From a virus (lineage: Duplodnaviria > Caudoviricetes): DNA of 64,000 nucleotides. Where the stretch lies: positions 8,203-72,202 of the IMG/VR virus record IMGVR_UViG_2925514151_000008. One strand, written 5' to 3'. This document shows positions 1 to 9,948 of the stretch, piece after piece; the stretch's first letter is position 1; each line of letters starts with the position of its first letter. The notes beneath the pieces are model-generated. The model was given only the letters and a program-made list of their open reading frames with translations, made no database searches and was not told where the DNA came from. Made by a program: the position numbers and the translations under genes.

Positions 1-504
1 ATCAGTAAATGTAGGACGGTATTTTTTAAAAGTAGCTTCATTATCACCATTTTTAGCAACAACAAACTCGCCCGGAACTGGCTCTAACTCTGGATCAACA
101 ATGATAATATCGCCTTCTTTAAAGTCAGGCTCCATTGAATCACCTTCTATCCTTAGTGCAAAAGTAAACTCAGAAATATCAATGTCTGTCATGATGTATT
201 CGAAGCTACCATCAAATGCATCAATAGGGTGTTTTTCTGCTAATGCCCCAGCTTGGACGTAGCTGATCAAAGGCACTTTCCTTGAATTCACATCGGCAAG
301 AGCCATGAAAGGCCCACCGTTCATCAACCATGTTGGATCACACTTAAGTGCTTTGCTTATTCCTACAATGTTGCGAGGCTTTTTAGTTTTACCATCCTCA
401 ATGCTGGCCCATGATTGTTGCCTTATTCCTGCCTTTTCAGCTGCTTGCTCTTGAGTAAGACCAAGTTCGATTCTTTTTTGCTTTACGCGTTCTGCAAGGC
501 TCAT
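1..504 (-). CDS. cI: CI repressor, 434/P22-type HTH + S24 peptidase (3' end runs off window)
   Basis: Manual translation from CAT 502-504: MSLAERVKQKRIELGLTQEQAAEKAGIRQQSWASIEDGKTKKPRNI...FALRIEGDSMEP...ATFKKYR; divergent from cro. Confidence 0.92.
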   Translation of the reverse strand, partial: MSLAERVKQKRIELGLTQEQAAEKAGIRQQSWASIEDGKTKKPRNIVGISKALKCDPTWLMNGGPFMALADVNSRKVPLISYVQAGALAEKHPIDAFDGSFEYIMTDIDISEFTFALRIEGDSMEPDFKEGDIIIVDPELEPVPGEFVVAKNGDNEATFKKYRPTFTD

Positions 505-533
505 AGCTCCTCCATTTCCATGGCCTCATGGTC

Positions 534-592
534 ACAGTTTAAACTGTGATTGACAAACAGTAGTATCTGTTCAAAAATACAGATAAAACTGT
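534..592. promoter_or_regulatory. OR-type operator region: three ACAG-N6-CTGT sites, TTGACA at 550-555
   Basis: ACAGTTTAAACTGT 534-547, ACAGTAGTATCTGT 557-570, ACAGATAAAACTGT 579-592; same geometry as 434 ACAA-N6-TTGT operators. Confidence 0.85.
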
Positions 593-601
593 GGAGGTGT
601 T

Positions 602-832
602 ATGGAATCAATTTCTCAAAGATTAAAGAATAAACGTGAAGAGATGAATCTCTCACAGGCGCAATTGGCTGAATTGGTCGGAATGACCCAGCAGTCATTA
701 CAAGCGATCGAGGCGGGTTTTACAAAGAGGCCCCGTTACATCATCGAATTGTCTTCAGCCCTGCATTGCGATCCTCATTGGTTGCTCTATGGCGAGGGTG
801 CTAATCAGAACGATAGCGCTTCAGGGGTGTAA
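602..832 (+). CDS. cro: Cro-like HTH repressor
   Basis: 434 Cro-like HTH (LSQAQLAELVGMTQQSLQAIEAGFTKRPR); GGAGG RBS; divergent from cI. Confidence 0.9.
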   Translation: MESISQRLKNKREEMNLSQAQLAELVGMTQQSLQAIEAGFTKRPRYIIELSSALHCDPHWLLYGEGANQNDSASGV

Positions 833-860
833 CAGAAACCACAGAGATAAGGGGTAAGCC

Positions 861-1337
861 GTGGGTGTCAAGTCAGCGCAGGAAACGATTAAGAAGCAAC
901 CTTACATCAGTGCAGGTGATTTATCTCCAGAGGAGTTAAGACTCTGGCTGAACCGTGTTGCAGATTCAGCCGGTGTAAAAACCGATGGCATGTTTGAGAT
1001 CGTAAGCAGTCTGCGCCTGCTGGCGGATGAACTGAAAAAGCCGCTGGAAACCATCCAGGTAAAGATTACTTACCTTTCAAGCCCGGAAATAATTCGTTCG
1101 GAAGATCATTCCAACTCAACTCAGGAAGACCTTCGCCTACTTCGTGAGATTCAGCAATCAGTTCACGATTTCCGTCAATCCATTGATTCATTGACTCTTC
1201 AGATTTCAGAAACCCGTCGCTGGCCGCTACCTGTTGACTGGCTAAACACGGACCCAGGAGTTTCAGAGCAAGAGAAGCGGGAATATTTTCAAGGGATAAA
1301 AACACAACCCCAGAGTGGGCATGAAGCAAATGAATGA
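861..1337 (+). CDS. Hypothetical early protein
   Basis: 158-aa ORF after cro, GTG start with purine-rich RBS; overlaps an antisense ORF. Confidence 0.5.
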   Translation: MGVKSAQETIKKQPYISAGDLSPEELRLWLNRVADSAGVKTDGMFEIVSSLRLLADELKKPLETIQVKITYLSSPEIIRSEDHSNSTQEDLRLLREIQQSVHDFRQSIDSLTLQISETRRWPLPVDWLNTDPGVSEQEKREYFQGIKTQPQSGHEANE

Positions 1338-1533
1338 TCGCTTCCCGGCTGTTCAGGTTGAGTTCTGGATTTTCAATTTTGTACTGGCGGATGACCGCAT
1401 AAAGTCTGGTGAGTTGAATCGAACGGGCGGCAATCAGGTTCTGTAGCCAATACCCGACTTCCTCCCGATAGGTATTCGCATAACTCGCCATGAGGGAATT
1501 TTTAATTGAAACGTACGCAGATTGCAAAGTCAT
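1066..1533 (-). CDS. Hypothetical protein, antisense to the early right operon
   Basis: ATG at 1533 preceded by AGGAGG RBS (cctcct ~1540-1545); protein-like 155 aa. Confidence 0.6.
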   Translation of the reverse strand: MTLQSAYVSIKNSLMASYANTYREEVGYWLQNLIAARSIQLTRLYAVIRQYKIENPELNLNSREAIIHLLHAHSGVVFLSLENIPASLALKLLGPCLASQQVAASDGFLKSEESMNQWIDGNRELIAESHEVGEGLPELSWNDLPNELFPGLKGK

Positions 1534-1613
1534 GTTGAACCTCCTTCGGTTCTTAGTCGTGGAAAACCAAGAATATCCGAAGGAAGGTTCGGCACCAACA
1601 GAGGTATTGAACA

Positions 1614-2162
1614 ATGAATGAACCTGAATGGAAAGTGGATAAGCAGCCGGCATGGCTGGTAGCCGCTATCAAAAAAACGATCACTGATTTGGACGGTGGT
1701 TACATGGAAGCTGCGGAGTGGCTGGGCGTTACTGAAAACGCATTGTTTAACCGTTTACGTGCCGATGGTGATCAGATTTTCCCTCTCGGTTGGGCAATGG
1801 TTCTGCAGCGGGCTGGTGGGTCAAATCATATTTCCAATGCGATAGCGCGCCACTCGAACGGGGTCTTTGTACCGCTGGCAGATATTAAGGATGTGGACAA
1901 CGCCGATATTAACCAGCGCCTGATGGAGTCTATCGAGTGGATAGGAAAGCACTCGCAGTATCTCCGTAAAGCTACAGCTGACGGTGTTATTGACCAGGCC
2001 GAACGCGAGCAGATTGAGGAGAACAGTTACCAGGTCATGGCGAAATGGCAGGAGCATTTAACGTTACTTTTCCGTGTCTTTTGTCAGCCAGAAAAGAGTG
2101 ACGCCCGCGAGTGTGCAGCTCCGGGCGTCGTGGCAGATAAATCAACGTGTATGGAGAAATAA
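1614..2162 (+). CDS. ymfL: YmfL-family (CII-position) regulator
   Basis: Close to e14 YmfL: AAEWLGVTENALFNRLRADGDQIFPLGWAM...DARECAAPG. Confidence 0.85.
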   Translation: MNEPEWKVDKQPAWLVAAIKKTITDLDGGYMEAAEWLGVTENALFNRLRADGDQIFPLGWAMVLQRAGGSNHISNAIARHSNGVFVPLADIKDVDNADINQRLMESIEWIGKHSQYLRKATADGVIDQAEREQIEENSYQVMAKWQEHLTLLFRVFCQPEKSDARECAAPGVVADKSTCMEK

Positions 2163-2167
2163 TCCGC

Positions 2168-2494
2168 ATGAGCAATTTAATCGTAAATCTAAGATTACCG
2201 CAACTACGTATGCGTCCGGTGACTGGTGCTGCGCTGTTTCGGTATGAACGCATGGTATGCGGTAAATGGGTTTCATGTAACCACAGCCGGGCAACGGCAA
2301 TTGTGGGGGTCTTTAACCGGAGGGTAAAAGCGTTATGCGCGAAGTTAACCGAAAGTTCAGAGACCACTATGGCAAGCCCGTCAGAGTCATACGGTGGGAA
2401 CGTGAGACCAATCGTGTCATTTACCTCAGGGAAGGCTATCCGCACGAGTGTTTTAGCCCACTCGATCAGTTTCAACGAAAATTCAGGGAAGTAG
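2168..2494 (+). CDS. YmfM-like protein
   Basis: C-terminus LCAKLTESSETTMASPSES...NSGK resembles e14 YmfM; follows ymfL. Confidence 0.5.
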   Translation: MSNLIVNLRLPQLRMRPVTGAALFRYERMVCGKWVSCNHSRATAIVGVFNRRVKALCAKLTESSETTMASPSESYGGNVRPIVSFTSGKAIRTSVLAHSISFNENSGK

Positions 2495-2514
2495 AGGGCA
2501 GCCATGAGCAGTAA
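2335..2514 (+). CDS. DUF4222-like small protein (59 aa, not in ORF track)
   Basis: Manual translation MREVNRKFRDHYGKPVRVIRWERETNRVIYLREGYPHECFSPLDQFQRKFREVEGSHEQ; GGAGG RBS. Confidence 0.75.
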   Translation: MREVNRKFRDHYGKPVRVIRWERETNRVIYLREGYPHECFSPLDQFQRKFREVEGSHEQ

Positions 2515-3415
2515 ATTACACGGTCTGGTATGGGAAGCCTGTGCTTTCAAAGGCCTGATCATATCTGAAATAGCGGTCATGGCCCGCCTGGCTGACTTCA
2601 GCAACGACGAAGGAATATCGTGGCCTGCTGTGACAACTATTCAGCGACAGATCGGGGCAAAGAGCGAGAACACTGTTCGAAGCGCCATTAAAAAACTTCA
2701 GGCGAAAGGGTGGCTGAAGAAGCAGGAGCGTCGCGTAGGAGGCAAGAATAATTCGAACGTCTACAAACTCAACGTCGATATGCTGGAACGTGCAGCAGCT
2801 GAAGCAAAACTCTTCTACGCAACCCCGCGTGAACAATCAAAATTTGATGCCTCAGAAATTGAGGGTTCAAAATTTGAGGGGTCAAATTCTGATGCCTCAA
2901 ATAATGGGTCTGCATCCCCTCAAATATTGCGGGGGGACCCCTCAATGGTTGAAGGCGATCCGTCATTAGATCCGTCATTAGATCCGTCATCTAAAAAACC
3001 TTTTTGTCGGGCTCCTGTGGAACCCGACGATAAGTCGGATCCTGAAGTGGTGATCACTGACCATGCGATCGAAGTTCTGACACATCTGAACCAGGTCAGT
3101 GGCTCCCGGTTTCAGAAGTCAAAAACTTCCCTCGAAAACATTCGGGCACGTCTGCGTGAGGGGCATACCGTTCCAGATCTGAAACTCGTCATTGACGTTA
3201 AGCATGAGCACTGGCATGGCAACGACGAGCAATACCAGTACATGCGCCCCGAGACGCTTTTTGGTCCTAAAAAATTCGAAGGCTATCTGCAAAGCGCTAT
3301 CCGCTGGGATGCCAAAGGGCGACCGCCACGGGAATCCTGGGACAGAAGTAAGCAGCGTGATATCAACCAAATTGGTGCAGTGCAAACGACCATACCGAAG
3401 GGGTTTCGTGGATGA
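2504..3415 (+). CDS. Replication initiator (N-terminal HTH, conserved phage C-terminal domain)
   Basis: LADFSNDEGISWPAVTTI HTH; YMRPETLFGPKKFEGYL C-terminal motif; internal iterons. Confidence 0.85.
   Translation: MSSKLHGLVWEACAFKGLIISEIAVMARLADFSNDEGISWPAVTTIQRQIGAKSENTVRSAIKKLQAKGWLKKQERRVGGKNNSNVYKLNVDMLERAAAEAKLFYATPREQSKFDASEIEGSKFEGSNSDASNNGSASPQILRGDPSMVEGDPSLDPSLDPSSKKPFCRAPVEPDDKSDPEVVITDHAIEVLTHLNQVSGSRFQKSKTSLENIRARLREGHTVPDLKLVIDVKHEHWHGNDEQYQYMRPETLFGPKKFEGYLQSAIRWDAKGRPPRESWDRSKQRDINQIGAVQTTIPKGFRG
2837..2990. repeat. Phage origin iterons inside the initiator gene
   Basis: Five imperfect 15-bp units (TCAAAATTTGATGCC-like, 2837-2911) and three GATCCGTCAT(TA) units (2957-2990). 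Confidence 0.75.
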
Positions 3416-3870
3416 ACATTACTCAAATGGCCTTTGAATTCATTGCTAAAAACCCAGATCAGAAAATGCGCGATATCATTGCCGCCTTTCCTGACTGCAA
3501 ACCTGTTTCTGTGAAAAGTGCCGTATATCGCCTGTACACAGAAGGGCGCCTGGAAACCAAAGCAACCTCATGCGGTTTTATTTATCGAGTCATCAATGAT
3601 GCATCCTGCTGCGATGACCTACAGGACGACTTTAAGTCCAGAGGCAACCTGGAACAGGAAAAAGCTGCTAAAAAACTCGAAGAGCGCAGCCTGTATCGCC
3701 GGGCCGCTACTGTATGGCACCAGCTCAGTACCTCAAGGTGCAGCCAGAAAACTCTTGAGTATTACATTCGTCAGAAAAATGCCTGCCTCCGGAAAGCACG
3801 CATGGGGAAATCACACACTGAGTGTCTGTTAGCCGGGAATTACTGCGGAGGTGATCTGTGCATCGACTGA
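3412..3870 (+). CDS. PerC-family transcriptional regulator
   Basis: N-terminal wHTH plus AKKLEERSLYRRAATVW PerC-like motif; ATGA overlap. Confidence 0.7.
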   Translation: MNITQMAFEFIAKNPDQKMRDIIAAFPDCKPVSVKSAVYRLYTEGRLETKATSCGFIYRVINDASCCDDLQDDFKSRGNLEQEKAAKKLEERSLYRRAATVWHQLSTSRCSQKTLEYYIRQKNACLRKARMGKSHTECLLAGNYCGGDLCID

Positions 3871-5240
3871 ACACGACCAGCGAAGGGGAAATGCTGGTGG
3901 ATGAGGCCGAACTCCCAATCACCAGAAGCCAGTACTGTGATGCTCTGGATGCATTACGTGCTGCACCTGCCCACTATCTCAAGGAGGTGGGCGACCAGTG
4001 GAGAACGCCCGATCTGTTGTTCTGGGGGGTTAACGCTATGTATGGCCCACTGGTGCTGGAGCTCTTTGCAGACGAAAGCAACGCAAAATGCCCTGCGTGG
4101 TACTCAGCAGAAGACAATGCCCTGACGCAGGACTGGGCGGGGCGACTGATAGAACTCGGCGGCGCGGCATTTGGAAATCCGCCGTATAGCCGTTCTCAGT
4201 ATCACGAAAAGCAGGCGATCACAGGCATGACCCACATCATGAGTTATGCATCCGCTCAGCGCGAAAATGGCGGTCGTTATGTCTTTCTGGTGAAGTCAGC
4301 GACGAGTGAGACGTGGTGGCCAGTAGATGCGGATCATGTCTGTTTTATCCGCGGTCGCATCGGTTTCGATCTTCCTACCTGGTTTAAGCCGGCGGACGAT
4401 AAGCAGAAGCCGACCAGTGCCTTCTTTGCCGGGGCGATTGTTGTATTTGATAAGTCATGGCGAGGGGAGCGCTTTAGCTATATCGATCGTGTGGCTCTTG
4501 AAGCCAAGGGGCGCGCGAGTATGGCCCTGGCCCAATACGCCGTGGGTAAACAGGCAACAGCTCCAGTAATGGATCAGCCTCAGACAGAGCAAGCTGAAAC
4601 TGAAATCCCACTTCTTCAGGACGAAATCCTCGCGAAAAGCGGCATACGATCCTTGGCCTGCGTGGTTGCGGCTTTTGGAGATAAAGCCGAGTACACCTTT
4701 GCCGAGTCGAAGTTTGGTCATACCTGGGCGGCTGATTCAGTGGATAAACCGGAGTTTACGCCGGTTAACTCAGAAACGATCGCCACAGCTCAATCCCTGA
4801 TCATCAAACAAACAGCGAAACAAGCGCTGGTGGGCTGGCTTAACGGTGTTGATCTTGGATCCACAATTGCACGTGAAGAAACCATAGAACGTATGAATTC
4901 GGTGTATGCAGAGTTTGTCGACACATGCCCGGTAACTGAGTTCATCGATATTGTCGGCAGCCTGGATAAAGCAAGCTGATTCAACAGCAGACTGATCCGC
5001 ACTCATGTTCGGGAAGCTCTCTCAGTTGCTAAACAGGTCTTACCCGAAAGCCGGATATGGCCACTGGAAGTAGGCCTGGTGTTTGAGCGAGTCGAAGGCG
5101 TGCACCATCTTAACGAGTCTCAGCAAAACAAACTGAAAGCACACATCAATCAGCTGTGGCTTGAGCGTACGCCCAGTACCGAAATCATAACTATTGCCAG
5201 CGGGCTGGTCAGCAGCATGCAGGGGGTTAGCCATGCGTGA
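3858..5240 (+). pseudogene. Phage N6-adenine methyltransferase (Dam family) with internal stop at 4977-4979
   Basis: DQWRTP, NPPYS, IRGRIGF motifs; frame stays open 86 codons past TGA 4977-4979 to TGA 5238-5240, which overlaps the next ATG. Confidence 0.75.
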
Positions 5241-7083
5241 AATTATCGTTGATAACTTTGCCGGAGGCGGCGGCGCTTCTACCGGGATTGAGATGGCTAT
5301 TGGGCGTAGTGTTGATATTGCCATTAACCATGATGAAAACGCTGTGGCCATGCACCGTACCAATCATCCGGATACCTTGCACTACTGCGAAAGCGTGTTC
5401 GATGTTTCTCCTGGCGCAGCAACCAGCGGCAAACCTGTTGGCCTGACCTGCTTCTCCCCAGACTGTCGCCACTTTTCCAAAGCGAAAGGAGCTAAACCAG
5501 TTGAAAAAGCGATTCGTGGGCTTGCGTGGATCGTTCTTCGCTGGGCGCTGGATGTTGGTCCGCGGGTAATGATGCTGGAGAACGTCGAAGAGTTTAAAAC
5601 GTGGGGTCCACTACTGGCGGCGGAAATGCGTCCGGATCCGGACCGCGTTGGTGAAACGTTCGAGGCGTTCGTAGGCATGCTGACATCCGGAGTTCCTGCA
5701 GATCACCCTGCGTTGTTGGAATGCTGCGAATTTTTGGAGTTATCGCCGGATAGCGAACAGGCGATGCGTTTGATTACCGGGCTGGGCTATGACGTCGATT
5801 ATCGCGAATTGCGCGCCTGCGACTACGGCGCGCCAACTATCCGAAAACGTTTCTTCATGGTTATGCGACGGGACGGGCAGCCGATAGTCTGGCCGGCAGC
5901 TACTCACGGGGATCCGAAATCGCCGGCGGTGATTTCTGGCAAACTGGCACCATGGCGCACAGCTGCAGAATGCATCGACTGGTCAATTCCAGCGCCAAGC
6001 ATTTTCGACCGCAAAAAGTCTCTGGCAGAGAATACGCTTAAGCGGATCGCGCGCGGCATCCAACGCTTTGTTATCGAGAGCGCGTCGCCGTTTATCGTGA
6101 AGTGCAACCACACCACGACGCGCGGTAAATATGATTGTTTCCGTGGACAGGCGTTGTATTCGCCGATACAGACAATTACCAAAACCCACGGCTACGCGCT
6201 GGCTGTACCTACTCTGGCACCGTTTATGGCTGGAAATGGTGGTAGCCAGTACCAGGCGAAACCGCGTCCACTCAACAAACCAGCGCATACCATCCTTAAG
6301 CAATCTCGAGCATGCATAGTTGCGCCGGTGATCGCGCGCCAGTTCGGCGGCAGTATCGGCCACCGGGCAGATGAGCCCAGCGCTACGATTACCGCTGGTG
6401 GTGGGGGTAAGTCTCAGTTAGCCATGGCCACGCTTATTCAGATGGGGTATGGCGAACGGGTGGGGCAATCGCCGCGGGTTCTCAATCTTGGTAAACCGTT
6501 GGGTACTGTTACAGCTGGGGGCAATAAGTTTGCCGTAACAACTGCGTTCCTGGCGAAACACTATGGCGGGAATTACACCGGTCCGGGCGTTGCGCTTGAT
6601 GAGCCAGCTCACTCAGTTACTACCGTTGATCATCACGCTCTTGTGACATCGCACCTGGTAAAACTGCGTGGTACCTGCCGTGATGGTCAGCGTACCGATG
6701 AACCGATGCCGACAATCACCGCTGGAGGTCAGCATGTGGGAGAGGTTAGCGCGCTGTTGGCGGCTAATGATTACGACGAGCGGCGTGCGGATCAAGTTAA
6801 AGAGTTCCTCAATTCTTTTGGCGTCAGCGAACTGGTGACGATTAAGGGCATCGTTTACCGCATTGTCGACATCGGCATGCGCATGCTGCAGCCACATGAG
6901 CTCTACCGGGCGCAGGGGTTCCCGGAGTGGTACATCATCGATCGGGATTACCGCGGGGTGAAGTATGCGAAGGATAAGCAGGTTGCACGCTGCGGCAATG
7001 CCGTTCCGCCCCCGTTCGCTGAGGCGCTGGTTAGGGCCAATCTGCCGGAAATGTGTGTTAACAAACAGGAGCGAGCCGCGTGA
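5233..7083 (+). CDS. DNA cytosine-5 methyltransferase with long variable region
   Basis: DNFAGGGG (motif I), SPDC (IV), ENV (VI), RKRFF (VIII), CGNAVPP (X); start at ATG 5233. Confidence 0.92.
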   Translation: MREIIVDNFAGGGGASTGIEMAIGRSVDIAINHDENAVAMHRTNHPDTLHYCESVFDVSPGAATSGKPVGLTCFSPDCRHFSKAKGAKPVEKAIRGLAWIVLRWALDVGPRVMMLENVEEFKTWGPLLAAEMRPDPDRVGETFEAFVGMLTSGVPADHPALLECCEFLELSPDSEQAMRLITGLGYDVDYRELRACDYGAPTIRKRFFMVMRRDGQPIVWPAATHGDPKSPAVISGKLAPWRTAAECIDWSIPAPSIFDRKKSLAENTLKRIARGIQRFVIESASPFIVKCNHTTTRGKYDCFRGQALYSPIQTITKTHGYALAVPTLAPFMAGNGGSQYQAKPRPLNKPAHTILKQSRACIVAPVIARQFGGSIGHRADEPSATITAGGGGKSQLAMATLIQMGYGERVGQSPRVLNLGKPLGTVTAGGNKFAVTTAFLAKHYGGNYTGPGVALDEPAHSVTTVDHHALVTSHLVKLRGTCRDGQRTDEPMPTITAGGQHVGEVSALLAANDYDERRADQVKEFLNSFGVSELVTIKGIVYRIVDIGMRMLQPHELYRAQGFPEWYIIDRDYRGVKYAKDKQVARCGNAVPPPFAEALVRANLPEMCVNKQERAA

Positions 7084-7556
7084 CGAAATTGACACTCAGG
7101 CAGCAGGAGGTTCTGAACCTCCTGATCGACTACCAGCGTAAGCATGGTTTCCCGCCTACTACCTACGAGCTGACCGGCATGCTGGGGTGCCGGTCCCCCA
7201 ATGCGGCGGCAAGCCACCTGAAGGCACTGGAGAGAAAAGGGGCCATCACAATCACCCGCGGGGTATCCCGCGGTATCAGCATCACTCCTTCGTTTTCCCG
7301 AAAGGAGCTGGTCGTTAACCTCAACAGCATCGTGAAAGTGAAACTTAATGAAGTTTCCCTCAATCATTTGGAAAAACAACACGAAGAGAACCGTATACGT
7401 TATCCGGGGATATTCGGAGAGTTTGTACCGTTGGCGACAGACGAAAATGGCTACTCGTCAATGACCCTATGGCGCCTTATGTCTGACCTGGGACAACTTT
7501 GCTATTGCGGAGGGGAGGTTCCCTTTGAGCTCAAGTTGATTTTGGAGGATGAATGA
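7080..7556 (+). CDS. LexA-type DNA-binding domain protein lacking peptidase domain
   Basis: LTLRQQEVL...GFPPT..EL...LG.RSPNAA..HLKALERKGAI...GVSRGI matches LexA N-domain; unrelated C-terminus. Confidence 0.8.
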   Translation: MTKLTLRQQEVLNLLIDYQRKHGFPPTTYELTGMLGCRSPNAAASHLKALERKGAITITRGVSRGISITPSFSRKELVVNLNSIVKVKLNEVSLNHLEKQHEENRIRYPGIFGEFVPLATDENGYSSMTLWRLMSDLGQLCYCGGEVPFELKLILEDE

Positions 7557-7951
7557 AATTTATTCTTCCTTTCCCACCCAGCGTGAACTCCTACTGGCGG
7601 TCCCCAAATAAGGGGACTGCAAAAGGTAAATTGCTGGTCACCGAAGCCGGCCGCAAATTCAAACATGCTGTAAGAGCAGCGATTATCGAACAGCTGAAAG
7701 CAGTCCCAAAACCCTCCGCTTCACCAGCGGAGGTAGTCATTGTCCTGCATCCGCCTGATTACCGCCGCCGCGATCTGGACAACTACAACAAGGCGCTTTT
7801 CGACGCACTTACATACGCCGGTATCTGGGAGGATGACAGCCAGGTTAAGAGGATGACGATCGAGTGGGGTGAGAATGCAAAGGGAGGGAGAGTTGAGATC
7901 ACCATAACGGCATTCAATAAAGTGCTGGATGTTTGTTCAGTGGTAGGTTGA
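7553..7951 (+). CDS. rusA: RusA Holliday junction resolvase
   Basis: LPFPPSVNSYWR, RRRDLDNYNKALFDAL, WEDDSQV. Confidence 0.92.
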   Translation: MKFILPFPPSVNSYWRSPNKGTAKGKLLVTEAGRKFKHAVRAAIIEQLKAVPKPSASPAEVVIVLHPPDYRRRDLDNYNKALFDALTYAGIWEDDSQVKRMTIEWGENAKGGRVEITITAFNKVLDVCSVVG

Positions 7952-8040
7952 AGACTATGCAATCAGGCATTAATCTCAAGGTGTGTAAACGAACCGGGCG
8001 TGCAGGCCCGATCGTCACGTTAAAGTGTATGGAGATAAAT

Positions 8041-8862
8041 ATGGCTAACCACGTTATGGGCTATGGTGCGCCCAAAAACCACTCTCATTTGGCGATAGAA
8101 GGTATTTTCGTTCGCCGGGATTCAGCAGGTCGATTTTGTTTAAATGACTTTCAGCGCGCAGCTGGTGGAGAAGAACGTCATAATCCTAACCGCTGGCTTC
8201 GGTCCGAGATGGCAGCTCAGTTGATTGCTGAGCTAACGCCAGATATGGCGTTTGCTCCTGTCGATGTTGTGAGAGGAGGGATCAACCCTGGGACATACGC
8301 CTGCAAGGAATTGGTGTATGCCTATGCTATGTGGATTAGCGCCGCCTTCAATCTGAAAGTCATCAGAACGTTTGATGCGGTGCAAAATACTATGACAACG
8401 CTGACCTCCGATCGTATTCAGGCTGGTGTCATTTTGCTGGAGTCAGCATCCCGAACATTAAACCTCTCCAATTCTTCCAAACTTGGTGCTTACCAGAAAT
8501 TGCAACAGGCGGCCGGGCTTCCAGATTTAATGCCTGCTTATGCGATTGATGCTCCAGCCGGCGCCATGGATGGATCCAGTCGTCCAACACTCTCGCTTAG
8601 TGCTCTGCTTAAAACCCATGGGATACGGCTAACTGCAAACCAGGCATATCACTTAATGGCGCGTGCCGGGATCGTGGATCAGAAGGAACGGCAAAGCCGG
8701 AGCGGATTAAACGGAGTAAAAAAATTCTGGTCTGTAACAGCCAAAGGCTGCCTTTACGGGAAAAATATCACCAGCCCTGCGAATCCCCGGGAGACTCAGC
8801 CACATTTTTTTGAATCAAAATTTCCCGAGCTTCTGAGACTGCTCGGCATTGTCACGCAGTAG
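8041..8862 (+). CDS. KilA-N domain antirepressor-like protein
   Basis: GRFCLNDF, GTYACKELVYAYAMWISAAF; GGAG RBS before ATG 8041. Confidence 0.85.
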   Translation: MANHVMGYGAPKNHSHLAIEGIFVRRDSAGRFCLNDFQRAAGGEERHNPNRWLRSEMAAQLIAELTPDMAFAPVDVVRGGINPGTYACKELVYAYAMWISAAFNLKVIRTFDAVQNTMTTLTSDRIQAGVILLESASRTLNLSNSSKLGAYQKLQQAAGLPDLMPAYAIDAPAGAMDGSSRPTLSLSALLKTHGIRLTANQAYHLMARAGIVDQKERQSRSGLNGVKKFWSVTAKGCLYGKNITSPANPRETQPHFFESKFPELLRLLGIVTQ

Positions 8863-8865
8863 GGG

Positions 8866-9930
8866 ATGATCTTGCGCGGATTACTAACACCAGAGATTGT
8901 GCCCCGCCTCGGCGTAGTACTCTTTAAACCGGGAAAGGAGCTGATGAGCCTCTTTGCTCAGGGGCGAGTTCTAATAACTCCACAGCCCGAGTACATGGCC
9001 GATTTTCCGACGGGGAAAGTGCCAGACGCTCGCCAGCCGTTATCCGTAGATCGCAGCCTTGTTCCTTTCTTTACCGATCCACGTGTCATCACTGCTGCGG
9101 GAGGTATTGAGGGGCTGGAGCGATGGCTTAGCCTGGCAGTCAGACAATGCCAGAATCATGATGAGGGATATCACCACATCGAAACAGTCATCTTAAGGCA
9201 AGATCATGGCTCCGTTTTATTATGCTGGCATTGCAACAATAAGCTTCGAGATGAGCCGGATCCGGCGATCAAGGAAATAGCAAGCCGTAATGTTATCGAC
9301 TGGGTCATCGATATGGTCCTGCTTTCGCTTGGATGCACCCGGGAAAGGACATTATCCCTGGCAGAGTTGTGCTGGTGGGCTGTTCAGTCTGGGATTTCTG
9401 ATGCGATAACGGAGGCTATGGCTGAAAAGGCCTTGCGGATAGCTCCAGAGCCGCACCGTTCGGTATACAGGGACAGCGACATCATCCCGGCAATACCCGC
9501 GGCCGACATACTTAAAAGACGTCTGGATAAGAGGGAAAGCCATGCCATAACAGGTGATCTGGAGACGGGTGACCAGGATGCAGGGAGACCTATTCTCCGG
9601 TTGGGCGTGGATCCGGACTGCCCTGAAGCATTTATGTTGCGGCCGAAGCGCCGGCGCTGGACTTGCCCTCAATACACCCAGTGGGTAAAAACACAGGAAT
9701 GTGCCTGCTGTAGGCAACCAGCTGACGATCCACACCATATAATAGGGCATGGTATGGGAGGAACAGCAACCAAAGCCCATGACCTGTTCGTGATACCGCT
9801 GTGCAGAGCGCATCACGATGAACTACATGCCAACCTCATCGCATTTGAAGAGAAGTATGGTTCGCAGCTGGAGCTGCTAATCCGTTTTCTTGATCGTGCG
9901 CTTGGCATTGGCGTCATTTTTAAAGAATAA
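8866..9930 (+). CDS. DUF968 (YdfU-like) protein
   Basis: C-terminal CACC...DDPHH.IGHG.GG...KAHDLFVIPLCRAHHDELH. Confidence 0.85.
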   Translation: MILRGLLTPEIVPRLGVVLFKPGKELMSLFAQGRVLITPQPEYMADFPTGKVPDARQPLSVDRSLVPFFTDPRVITAAGGIEGLERWLSLAVRQCQNHDEGYHHIETVILRQDHGSVLLCWHCNNKLRDEPDPAIKEIASRNVIDWVIDMVLLSLGCTRERTLSLAELCWWAVQSGISDAITEAMAEKALRIAPEPHRSVYRDSDIIPAIPAADILKRRLDKRESHAITGDLETGDQDAGRPILRLGVDPDCPEAFMLRPKRRRWTCPQYTQWVKTQECACCRQPADDPHHIIGHGMGGTATKAHDLFVIPLCRAHHDELHANLIAFEEKYGSQLELLIRFLDRALGIGVIFKE

Positions 9931-9948
9931 GTGTATGGAGTGCTGAGC

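Noticed and set aside
534-592. OR sites as LexA boxes or intron targets (AACAGTA at 556-562)
   Set aside because: Geometry is ACAG-N6-CTGT rather than CTG-N10-CAG, and there is no IBS2 match.
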